Below are positions 12,801 through 25,100 of a stretch of 64,000 bases of DNA, piece after piece. Each line of letters begins with the position of its first letter. The stretch's first letter is position 1. The notes beneath the pieces were generated by a model. It ran no database searches. It saw nothing but the letters and a program-made list of their open reading frames with translations, and was not told the DNA's origin. This DNA comes from Balanoglossus misakiensis (Eukaryota > Animalia > Hemichordata), in contig CM082583.2 of NCBI GenBank assembly GCA_040954595.2, forward strand, positions 9,685,656 through 9,749,655. The letters are read 5' to 3'. The position numbers and the translations under genes are program-made.

Positions 12801-15800
12801 GAATACACCTCCAAACACTCAAATTACAGAACAATTGGGCAAACAGCTTTTGACATATAAGACCAATTTCGGCCGTTGGTCTGGAGGATAAATGTGATAT
12901 GGACAGTTTGAATGACCTTGACCGTGAACGCTATTCTAGGTATTTAGCTAGTCCATAATTGATCGCTTATCGGACTCACGAGCGCAAAATACATAAGCTG
13001 ATTATAGAGCTGCAAACAGCTTGAATGTGACTGTTTAATTACCTGCTACTGCGGTCACTCATTATATACGCCTCGACTGGAATCAAGTGTGACAGCCCAA
13101 GATCAAAATAATGGGAGACTTTCCCGTTGGTTTCTCAATGGAAATTGTTATTGGGTTCAAAGATCAGTTAGACATCTGGTTATTTGTGCACGGTGCCGGC
13201 GAGTGTCTGAAATGGTAACCTCATTAAAAGATCAAAAGTTTGTTTTATAAAAAGTGGTGCCGAGCGTCACCTTTTCGCCTGATTTGGCGTAGATACAGTC
13301 AATTTTAATAAACCGCAAAAAAGGCACGCTCGACGACGCGGATCAGCGTATTAAAATTAAGCCGAACGACGCTAATAGGAGAAACCGACCAAAATGGAGG
13401 CAGTGACCTTTTTCAGGATAGATGGACAGGATGAAATTCGTGACACATAAACTTCTCTGGCCCAAAAACCCACTCGTTAAAACAGGTGAACAGAGGAATA
13501 GAAATAACCGACTCATGAATACTTTACGCAAATACTCAGACTGCTCTGATAGAATAGTTCGCTGTTCAAGAGGTGTCGATATGGCCAATCTGCAGAGTCG
13601 CCACCATGTTGGTAAAATCACAGTCATCTCAAATATTCAATCAAGAGGTAGACTGCACTTTCGAGAAGATTCAGAGATCTCTGTACTTCACAGTTGTACG
13701 TGCCTTACCTTCCAAATTGGGCTTGATGAATGGATTAAACATGATAATTAGAATGGTCTGATTAAAAATCGAGGCAGTGCCTTGCCAAGTGGACCGTAGC
13801 TACTTTCGCCATTCAGATGTTTTACCGCCAAACAACATTAATGATCTTGCCCCTCAACGCCACGGTTCGAACGTCGCCATGTTTATCCAACACGTCAAAT
13901 AATGTGCCGAAACAGTTAACACACGAGCAGTACCGTTATAAGACTGCTGTGTGACTGCACTTTCGCGGGCTTTCATCCGGGAAGACGACAGCACGATGTT
14001 ATTTAACGGAATGTAGTAAAAGGCTTAGCTCAATTGCATCTAGTAAGATTGGTTTCGCGCTAACCCTGTCGTAAATTATTATTTTCACTTTCTCGCGTAT
14101 AAAGGTAGTATGACGTGGTAGGATGTTAGAGTCAGAAATTTTGTTTGATCGGCTTAATAGTGATATACCCATGATGTTTCAACCACTTGATAAAACAAAT
14201 GAGCATTCGCGCATTTACTTAGGTAGTCTTGTGTATTTCATTTTAAAGAATGGATGAAATCCCACAGCGGTGATTGTCCAAAATGATTACCAATTACGCC
14301 CGCCTGTAACTCGCAACTTGTCCCCTATAGACAAGCTATGGCTAGACATTCTGGCCTCAGAGTTGTATTACTGCGAGGCAAGTGCAAAGTGAAAGCATGA
14401 GGTTTTATTCTAGTATTTTCGGGTTCTCGTTAATAAAAGTATTTCAATGCTCTCTCAGTGTCCTTGACAGCTCTCGTCGTTACATCATTAAAGCTACGTC
14501 GACACAATCAGACCATCCTTTCAAAAGACTACAACTGCAAGATTTCGCTTATTCCCCAGGGACACCGAATATCCCAGGGGCATCAGATTTCTCCCAATTT
14601 TACCACACAGTTGGAAGATCGCGCCGTTATATTGCTTTTCTGAGAATCGTTTTGACATCCCACTCTTTTGAGAGCGTAATTATCATCCTCGTCAGACAGT
14701 CGTGACAGGTTTATGAATTGAACCCTTTTTCGTGCTATGACAGTTATCACGTTACACACCTCAGCGAGACATGGCATTCCACAAAATGGCGCCCACAGCC
14801 GGGCCTATCGCTTCCACATTCAATGGGAAACAGCCAGCTCTTATACTCGTACGGCCGCGAGGTACGTCACTCAAGCAGGCCTATCTGCGACCTTGTTTAG
14901 TACAGTGACAATTAATTTCTTCACCATCACAGTACTTCCGATATTAGCCGAAGTGTGGCTCCTGGGCATCCCGAGAACTTCCGATTAGCACGTGTATGAA
15001 TGTCATACCGAAATGTTAAACCGGAGATGTCGTTTGGCGCTTTATGGCATTAGGGCAAGTATCGCGATTCCCTAGGGAGTGAAATGGTTTTTAGCGACTA
15101 TCTACTTTTAGAGTTATAGTTAAGGCGTCCATTACTTGACGCTCCGGTTGAAACAATCAATGAAACGGTGTTGACTCTGCCGTAAATTGAAGTTGGCAAG
15201 TGTAGAAGTTGGACATTTTATGACCGCATTGTGTCTACACGAATTCCATCTTGACATAGGAAGCTATATGGCCGGAGAGGGTAGCCGAAAAGAGTGAGCA
15301 AACCCTGTCTCAGGTGCGTCACCCGCATATATCCACTTTGCGCCATAATCAGATATGGCCGGCCACATCTGATATCATTTGCCTGACCGATGTACACGTA
15401 TCTTACTGATTCATCAGCCTATGACATCTGTCAAAGGCGCTCGCATGTAGACCCAAGTGTTTTCTCGAGTAAACCTGGATCGAAAAGAAAAGCCCGTGTC
15501 TCTCTTTAAAAACAAAGCGTAGGAAGTACGTGCTCATGCAAATCGAATAAGCTGTGGGTAAGTTACCGCGAGACTTACGCAATTCTATTCAGAAAACCAT
15601 ACATTACCCTAGCCCGCGCATCCTTACATCAAGCGTTCTTCGGTTTTCACGAGCAATGTCGAAACTTTGCAGTGTAGTGTTTCAAGGCGCATTTCTGCGC
15701 AGATTCTCCGTATGTAGTTAGCAAACCGCGAGTGTCTAGGGTACACAATACAGTGACAATGCCTGCACTTTCCTTAAATACAGCGTTGCTGACGGCCTTG

Positions 15801-18800
15801 CGTCATCAGAGCACGCTCGGCAATCAGTGCTGAAGGCGCGTCGTCATGACGAATGTCAGCGTCACGCCACAAAGTCACCCGCTTCGATCGTGACTTTATA
15901 ACGTTCGCGACAGTGACGCTCATTTACGTTAGATCAAACCTTTTAATCTGTCGACATAGTACCTGCAGTGCATTGATGCCAAACAATCTGTAACGCCCCA
16001 TGGCATTAACCGCCAGTGTCGCGATTTTGGCATTGATCTGCCTTTAATGAAAAACGCCCCTGATTAGGGTATATGAAATTCTTTTGTTACTGTCGACAGG
16101 TAACCAATTTGATTTAACCTTCTACAATGGGCGTCTCTGTGTCGACAACAAGACCATTTCACATAATAAATGTTATGAGGTAGTATAGAGAAGACACAAA
16201 ACGCTGACATGTATCTCAGGGGCTTAATTCTTTCACTTCATTTGTCACAAAGATGAGCTTTCACACCAAGAGAGTGCCCGGTCACCTGCGACTGACAGCA
16301 AACAGAGTCTACTCTTTTGCTTTGGGTCAACACCGCTTTTCAAAACGACTGCAGTTTTACAGATCGACGACGAGAGTGTTCTTAGACCGCGCCCGTCGTT
16401 TTTTCGTTGCGACAGGGGGATAACGGCTTCGTGATAATATCTCAAACTGTCTCCTAAGAACTTTGACTCACGCGAGAGAGAATGACTACAACACTGAAGC
16501 CATTCAAGCGACATGCTGCATTGATTTTGGCGCCGAGTCGTGCGTGTCGTCGTCCGCGGGAATATCAAAACCTGGCATCGTCCCGAAGTTCCTCGACACG
16601 CGAAAACGTCATGAAATCAAAGCCAGTCGTGACACTTAAAGATGCCCTGGTACACACAGCCAACTAGAAAATGACGAAGAAAAATCGATAACATTGTAAG
16701 CCCCGTTTCTTGTTATTACAATTTTTGATGAGTCTATCCTTATTGCGACGACATCTTCTTCGTAGTTCTGGAAATAAAGCCCCCCCCCCCTCAAAAAATG
16801 ACTGCAAATGCCACGACTTTCAGATGTAACAACTTCACACAGATGACGTGGGCGCTTCCTAACAAGTAAACGTCTCACACGAACTACCGTCGCATGTTGT
16901 ATTTCACTCAAAGCAGGATTTAACATAAAATCTCATTTCTAAGTTGTTATGTCAGCGGGATTGTGGTTGCTGAGGATGATTGAGAAAACACAAGTCACAG
17001 GGTTTTTTAATCTGATATGAGACGTCGATGGTGTATGTTTAGCGGTATATGCATTAGCTCAGAGCTGCGATGACTAATAGGGCCATGTGTGACCACTTTC
17101 TTTTCGTCAGTTTGCATCGTCAGTGACAGCTGCTCCGATCTGTTCTATTTGAATTATGGGCGAAGATGTTCTCGTCGGATTCAAACCTGCTCTGACGTAG
17201 ATTGAACCCCGAAAAAAACACACGACACAGGATTGTATAAATACCAGTGGGTCAATGATGCGACCGTCAGCGTACACCGTAGTCTTCCAGAGCTCACGGA
17301 ACTTTTCGTGGGTGAGATGATTAAAGCGGGTCTAAAGTGGCGGTTTCACTTTGTTCCTACGCAACATCAGCAGTGTGGGCAGAGCAACTTTGATTCATCT
17401 TGCGGAGGGAAATGTGCTTCGAGGTTATTACAATCGCGATAATCTGCACCACAGATGAATTGGATTTTGGGCCAAAAGACAACGACACGCAGAACAGATA
17501 ACGGTGTTCACTTTTCCCGCCTGCTTTTCATGCTGGAATAATATCAGCTTACCTCAAAATTCACATCTTTAACTCTTCACTGATAACAGCGCAGGGATGG
17601 CCCAGAGGCTCTCTACACCGCGGGGACCAAAGAGGTTCTGGTGTAGTGCAGCACAGTGCAACGCAGCCAAATGTCGTGAATTGAGAGATACCTTGGAATG
17701 TTAACGAGCACAAACAGGGTCACGACCAGAAACCCCGCCAAACTGCCACAATACAATTCAGGGCACGCAGATCGATTTTGACATATGCTTACCGAGTCAG
17801 TGGCGGGGGGTTCCCGGTCACGAACTACCCGCGGAGACACAGTCTGGTTTCATGCAACTTCTGCTGAAAAAATCCCCTCTGCTCCGAGGATGTATAATAC
17901 TTCCGAATCGTAGCGAACTATTCATCAAATTTGGCTCTGTTGGTGGAGAACCCACGAGGGCAATTCTACACGAAGGTGATCAATATTTTAGAGAAACAGA
18001 TTGTTAAAACGCTTGTCAACGGTCGGGCATTGGTTATAATCCTCTAAGGGGCAGATTCGGTTGTCGTATGGACTTACGTCACCGCACACGGTTATATGAT
18101 AGCATTTAATCACGGTTTCGTCTGAGCTGAATGATGATGATGAATTGAGACTCTCTGCTATTCTACAGCGCTCCAATTCCATCTATATAATTTTAAATCG
18201 TTCTTCATCTTTCCAATATACTTTTTTTTCTTTTCATTTTCGATAACATTTATATTTTATCTAATTTTATTTTTGTTAACATTAACTGCACTATCGATAC
18301 TGGAGACTAGTACTACATTTTCACCGCTTGTTTTATCTAGTCCGATGATATCAATTTATGTAATATTTATATTCGATGCGCACTGCCAAACAGTGTTACA
18401 AAACCATCATTTTTTCCCACAATGGTAATTGTATTAGAAGAATAAATGGAATAAATGAACGTATTTATTATTTATCGTTTGATTACTCTGCCAATGCAAC
18501 AAAATGGGTTTTGAAATGTCCCTTTTCCATATTTAATCTCACGTCGAGCATTAGGGATTGTAAACACTACTTTCTCCGCGGCAAAACGCCTTTCCGTGTG
18601 CGTTGTAACCATGGTGACGCAATCGTAGAAGAAAATGGAAATGCTCCATTTTGCCAGGTTTTAGCGCGCGACGCCTGTCGGCCGTTAACAACCGATGGTC
18701 GGTTCCAATAAAAAGCCGCAAAGAACTTCGAATAATATGCTTTAAATTTTAACATACCACGGCGTTTTAGTGTCATTCCAGTGAAAGCTAATGTACTGCA

Positions 18801-20052
18801 GAAAAACTTTCTCTATAGAAAAAATGGAATCTAAGATTTCCTGTGCACACACAGTCACCCTCGCTTCGAAAAGTATCTTCCGGATCCTATTTTTGCACTA
18901 AATTGCCCCATTGTGCCATTTCGATTCGGCTTACAACTATCAACCCATTCACAAGAGAAGCAAATCCTCGCACAACAAAATCGACTCTTCAACGGTCAGC
19001 CACAGAAACCAGAAGCGGCGTTAAAATAAGACGGCTATAGACACAGCCGACCGTTTTCATAATTTCATACCTAATCAGCGATCATAGTGAAAAGCTTTTT
19101 AAAGTAATTGTGGTATGTTAATACCTAGAAAGACGTTAAAGTATGAACATTGCTTGCGGCAACACAGGAAAGCTGAGATCCGAAAGCAGATACGGAAATC
19201 AACATTTCGACAAATTAAATTTGTCTAGAAAATTTTAATCGAAGTCTTGGATCGAAGATTTTGTGCTACTACGCCCTCAAGGTGTTCTTGAGTTTCTTCC
19301 TCGCGGTAAATCGGATCAGATTAAAGCTAATATCAGGCTTAAAATGTCCCACTTTGTCTTTGTCTATCACCGCGATGGGTTATGAGCCTCGAAAACGCTT
19401 TTGATTATTCAACCATATTTTATATTCCAACTTGGTGTCGCCATTGCACACCATCCACAGTATTTCTGCTTGCATAAATTAAAACGGGCTCTCAACCAAT
19501 CACAACGCTGTATTCGTGGCCATGTTACAGTGAAATATTATAATTTCTTCTTTTTGAACAATGATTTCATGGTGGCGCACGGGGTAAGAGAAGAGTCGTA
19601 TGTGCCGCGAGTTTCGGAGTACTGCACTGGCGGAGTGATCGAGTTCGACGCGAGTTTTGTCACGGGGATTTTTTTTGGCGTTTTTCCTTCCATCTATCTC
19701 CTTAGGCGGGAAAGGGGCAGGGGACCAGACTTGGTGTAGTCCTGCGTTCAGGTCTTTGTGATAATAATCTTACTAAACGTTGCAGGCATTTCGATCATTC
19801 CATCAATGGAAGGCAAAGACCAAACTTTCGTTGGTATGATATCAAAACAAGGGTCGAATTTTTACTTTACTGTCTATTATCTCAGCATCCAAGTAGTGTT
19901 GGTTGGAAACAATGATACAGACACAAGTTAATGAATGTTAACTATTTCATTTTATTCTGTGTTTTGAAATATAGGTTTTAAAGTTTCGAGAACAAACAAG
20001 AGGATATACAATATGATCTGTATAGTTGCATATTAAAATAAAAATCACTTTT

Positions 20053-20160
20053 GCCTCAGAGGGGTAAATGGATACAACAATCACCTCATCTGGTCTTCGG
20101 CTCTGCGAAACAAGCAAATGTATGTATAAGTGAATCTCTATAATATCAATAAATACAACA
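20053..20160 (+). repeat. ~108-bp direct repeat, copy 1 (copy 2 at 22015-22120)
   Basis: GCCTCAGAGGGGT...GTCTTCGGCTCT...AACAAGCAAATGTA.GTATAAGTGAATC...TATAATATCAATAAATACAACA, roughly 88% identical to copy 2 by eye. Confidence 0.9.
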
Positions 20161-20660
20161 TAAATCATGATGACCCCTGGTTGGCTGGCAACTTGGTTGA
20201 TCAATTGTACTGCATTAGTCCACTTTCTTTTCTTACAATTCTTACCTTCCCACATTTCCGAGTGGACATCCATCATTCTGGCCGGCAAAACATCTGAGCA
20301 TCATCTATGGAAGCTGTGGAATAAATTGAAAAGAGCGGTAATTGAACATCTCTTCAAAAAGAGCAACACAACAAAAAGAATTCGTTGCTACTCGTACTTA
20401 AGCTGTTGTTATCACCTACTTGTTGTATCTTACTTGAAATCGTGTACCATCCTCTGGTCTTCATCCAGGCATGCAACATTACATGTACTGGCTGACGTAA
20501 TCGGTTCTATAGGAACTTACAACCGGCACCAGTCAGATTCTATGTTCATCATCAGTGCACGGAAATTGCGATTGGCACCAGTCAGGTTCTTTGACCATCA
20601 TCGGTGCATGGTAATGGGCAACCGACATCAGTCAGGTTCCCGGAACTGGCAACCGCACTG

Positions 20661-21075
20661 GTACGAAATAAAACAGTCCCAAGTTACCACCAGTATATTT
20701 TAATACAATTTTATTCAAGTTGAAGAAAATGAAAGTTTACAATCTCAAAAAAACAACTTATGACCTACATACGGGGAAAGCTAATATAGGTACGAAATAT
20801 CAACTCTCACGTTAGACCAGTATATTTTAATACAATTTTATTCAAGTTGAGGAAAATGGAAGTTTACAATCTCAAAAAAAAACAACTTATGACCTACGTA
20901 CGGGGAAAGCTAATATGGGTACGAAATAAACCAGTCCCAAGTTACCACCAGTATATTTTAACACAATTTTATTCAAGTTGGGGAAAATGAAAGATTACAA
21001 TCTCAAACTTATGACCTACACACGCGCAAAGCTAATATAGGTACGAAATAACCCACACTTACGTTAGACCAGTGC
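20661..21075. repeat. ~129-bp tandem repeat, about 3.2 copies
   Basis: GTACGAAATA recurs at 20661, 20790, 20919 and 21041. Units share CAATTTTATTCAAGTTG, ACTTATGACCTAC and AAAGCTAATAT. Confidence 0.93.
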
Positions 21076-21084
21076 ATGTTTTTT

Positions 21085-21490
21085 TTAACTATATATGCAC
21101 GCGCGTAGATGATCGTTACGGAAATAAACCACTCAGTTTAATCAGTGTATGCATGTTTGTTTGTTTGTTTGTTTTTATTGAAAAATGACGAAAGATTACA
21201 AATCTAAAAAACTAGTATTAACTATAGCAGTGCACGCGAGTAGATGATCGTTACGGAAATAAACCACTCAGTTTAATCAGTGTATGCATGTTTTTAATGT
21301 GTTTTTTTTATTGAAAAATGACGAAAGATTACAGATCTAAAAAAAATAGTTTTAACTAAATATGCACGCGAGTAGATGATCGTTACGGAAATAAATCACT
21401 CAGTTTAATCAGTGTATGCATGTTTTTTTTCTATTTTTTTATTGAAAAATGACGAAAGATTACAACTCTAAAAAACTCGTATTAATTATA
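21085..21490. repeat. ~133-bp tandem repeat, 3 copies
   Basis: TGCACGCG.GTAGATGATCGTTACGGAAATAAA.CACTCAGTTTAATCAGTGTATGCATG starts at 21096, 21231 and 21363. Confidence 0.93.
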
Positions 21491-21705
21491 TTAAACCAAC
21501 GGTCTAAGGGATGGGACCCACCCGCACCGGGGATTTTATTTATGTCTATATAACTTACTTGTTTTAAGCCTCAGATAATCCACTGGTCTTCATTCAGCCA
21601 TGAAACATACAAACGCTCACCTCATTGTAGGCTAGTTGCATGGCCCAAATATACCGTACAACTTACCGTGACACGTACATATAACACACACGCAACAGTT
21701 CAAAG

Positions 21706-21830
21706 CTGAACTGGCAACCGGCACCAGTCAGATTCTATGTCCATCATCATTTCCCTGAACTGGCAACCGGCACCAGTCAGATTCTATGTCCATCATCGTG
21801 TCACTGAACTGGCAACCGGCACCAGCCAGA
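21706..21830. repeat. 49-bp tandem repeat, about 2.5 copies (diverged copies also at ~20521-20660)
   Basis: CTGAACTGGCAACCGGCACCAG starts at 21706, 21755 and 21804. AACCGGCACCAGTCAGATTCTATG also occurs at 20521. Confidence 0.9.
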
Positions 21831-22014
21831 ATCGGGATAAATCAACCAAAGTGGCCACATATAAAATAGATTTGGTTGATACTGGGGCTTTATAATGTTG
21901 ATATCGCTTACTTGTACCTCATGCTTGTAACATCATAGCATCCACGTGGAACGGATAAGGACTGGCTTCACGCAGTCAGCTCATGGGGAGTGGAATGAAC
22001 AGCTGGTCATTTCG

Positions 22015-22120
22015 GCCTCAGAGGGGTCAATATATACCACAATCAGCTCATTCTGTCTTCGGCTCTACAAAACAAGCAAATGTACGTATAAGTGAATCTA
22101 TAATATCAATAAATACAACA
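22015..22120 (+). repeat. ~106-bp direct repeat, copy 2 (copy 1 at 20053-20160)
   Basis: Manual alignment with 20053-20160. Confidence 0.9.
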
Positions 22121-25100
22121 AGAAACCACCCACCTAACAAAATTAGCTACAACACCGACTAGTCTTAAAAAATGCATCTCAAGTGGAGTATCGCGAAAGT
22201 TTGAAAGAAAGCACAGAGAAGCACCGACTCGAGTGCGTGAGCGGACCACATGTCTCTTTTCAGTGCTCGTCAGACAAACGTCCGTGACGGAATTGATATA
22301 AAAACCCACGAATAGGTTTTCTGTAGCTACCCGCAATATAACCGATATGACTGGTCAATAATTTTGTCCACTTGTGTTAATTTACTTACTTGCGTTGGAC
22401 TTCACCGCGGACTTCACAGCAAAATGAAGAGCGGAGAAACTCTGATGTTGCGTTGAGTTCACCGCAGCCTCATCTGAACTCACGCTTCCTGCGGCGGCGT
22501 GGCCACCCTTCACGAAAATGCCCGGATGACGAGACGGAAATTTACAAGTCCGTCTAGTCCAGGTGGCTTCAACGAATCAGCAGCGAGATTTCTTATAGAC
22601 GTCGAGATTATGCAAAACGATTGCTCTGACGCGTCTCAAGTCATGTCTCACATCAAAGATGATCATCATTTTATTCTCGACAGGTGTTCGTCACAACGTC
22701 GCTACGGCGTATAATGATTTGGGGTTAACAACCTACACTTTCTATTGTCTTTCACCTTTCTTTGGCAATCAGGCGACAGACTAAACCATTCCACGAACTC
22801 TACAGAACGGCCTACTACTTTGGCGAAAATAGAAATCGTAGAGTCCTCGTTCCAGGGTACACTTTCGAACGCGCAAAGGGCACGTCGGGCTCTTCGGAAA
22901 CTAGTCATTTTTACAGAATTCTGTGCTAAATTCTAAATAAACCTAGCATTCTCGTACTTCTGAATCCAATAAGTCTTATGAACTCCGTGAGGGTTCAAGT
23001 TGATATAGAAAGGCAAGCTGAATGGGTAAAACTAAAGCAAACGTTGGGGGCGACATGCAAGACCTTATCTTGATCAACAGTGTCCAAACATTCTATGTTA
23101 CTAGTACAAGGTGTATAACATTGTCCAATAAGAGATGGAATATTTGTATAAACGACAATTTTTGACCAGAGACATTATCTTTCAGATGAATCACGTACAT
23201 GTACATGTATTTGCAATACGGCGCACTGCGTAGGAGGGCAGTATGTGGTACATTTGCAAAACTTTATTGAGTTATTCCTGTAGCAATCATGTTATCCTAT
23301 AAGGCGGAAATTTTGATAAGGATCAGGGCATGGGTAGATGGAGGAAATGGGGCCTGAGATTATTCACAGCTTGGAGAGGTTGGGCTCAAGTTACATTGAC
23401 TGTCGTTAATGTACATATGCTCGTCAGGTAGAAGGTCCAGCTATCGTCTGGCTCGATACTTGTTTTGAACATCATTCTGAAAATCACGAGTTGCCACACA
23501 CGTTTCCAAAGCTACAAAAAACAGACGTCCCTGGAGCATTCTTGCGTAGAATTTTCCTTTCAAATGGAAGAGTGGCGAGGTCAAAACTGTACACCATCAG
23601 TGAATTGGTTAGCAAATAATCGCGTCTCGTGCTCATCACGGCTTGTCGTGGCGGGAGATAGCTGCACTTCCGGTCCCTTGGGCGACGTGTGCGATGGCTT
23701 GGATGAAACATGGCAAGAGTGAAACTTGGGGAGAGAAAACACTGTAATAGACTGACCTGCACCGGGGCACCTGGAAGTCAAGAGGTCGTGATCGTATTAT
23801 CTTCTTTCACAAACACAATCTGAAACCCGACCTCGATATATTTGAAGTGTCAGATGTCAGCCAGTAATGGTGTTTGCCCCTCAAATGAAGATCTGATCAG
23901 GACCTTCGTGTATTTATCTTGCTGTCGTTTTCTTCGTGAGTTAAAGAAAAAAAACAGTGATGCACGCATTTATAGGACCTGGTCTTGATTTGAATTTTTC
24001 CCAGATGTAGAAGAGTGGTAAAGTTCGCCCAAGAAGGTTGCTCGTTAGATGAAATAAAGACTATTTGCATGACTTATGAGCCAGAAATTCTGCAAGTGAC
24101 AACCACAACCCTTTTGGCGATGAACACAGTGAATGAGAGTAACCAATTTGAAAACGTCGGTTGTCACGGAAGACAGACGACTCACTCAAAACATCTCGTA
24201 TGTGTGCCACTTAAAGTCTGTTTTACGGAACCTGTTTTAATTGGCGTCCTCTTTCGGAGTATCACATCTACGGTCATGGAAGGGCAAGGATTTTACCTGC
24301 GGCGTGTGTGTGTGCGTGTGTTTTGGCGACAGCCTATGAATGTTGGTGCAAAGGTTCGTCTGCATTGAATTCGCATTGTGTCGCGGTCAGTCCCCGTGGA
24401 CAGTGTGTGCGGCCTGATACTGGGAAAGAACCAGCAAACATCTTACACAAGATTGCTGCCTAGTCAAATAATTAATGTTCCTATAATTGCCTTTCAGTGT
24501 AGGGTCCTGTTTAAGGCCCTTGCGCAAGACGATAAATGATGACGAATGTGCAAACGTCGTGACAAGTGGTTCCTCCAGATCGTAACTGCCTCCCCGGTTC
24601 GAAATTGAATGCAAGCTGTACACTTACTGCTAACTTTCCGATTAACTCTCACATCGATCGCTATATAAATACGCTTTGCCGTCGGTGATCAACGAAAGGG
24701 AGCCTGAATTTCACAGTTGACGTCAACGACTCGGAGGTGAATGCGAGCAGTTGTAAACAATGTACTTAATGTTACTGTCACCGTAAGTGGTGTAAATGGT
24801 TTTCTTCGTTGTGGAACATTTCCCCGGGGAAGGTCGTTTTTTTTCTCTCACAGCATTTATATTCATTTGCCCTGCCTTTTACAATAATGAAGTCAGAGAT
24901 TTTTAAAACACACATAACGTAAATAACAACTTCATTGTTTTCTGACTGTATGCACGCTTTGTTTTCCTTCTAGTAATCATATCAAGCTGTGTTGGAAATG
25001 TCCGTAGAAGGCATGTTTGATATTGGCCTTCTTTAATGTTGCACTCGATATATTTGATGATACAAAATGTCATGTCACTTGACTCTTATATCGTGTTAAG

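Noticed and set aside
20167-20703. 178-aa ORF
   Set aside because: It lies within the repeat cassette, runs through 49-mer copies and has no recognisable domain.
20661-21830. Repeat arrays considered as a possible CRISPR
   Set aside because: The units are contiguous tandem copies without unique spacers, there are no cas genes, and the context is eukaryotic.
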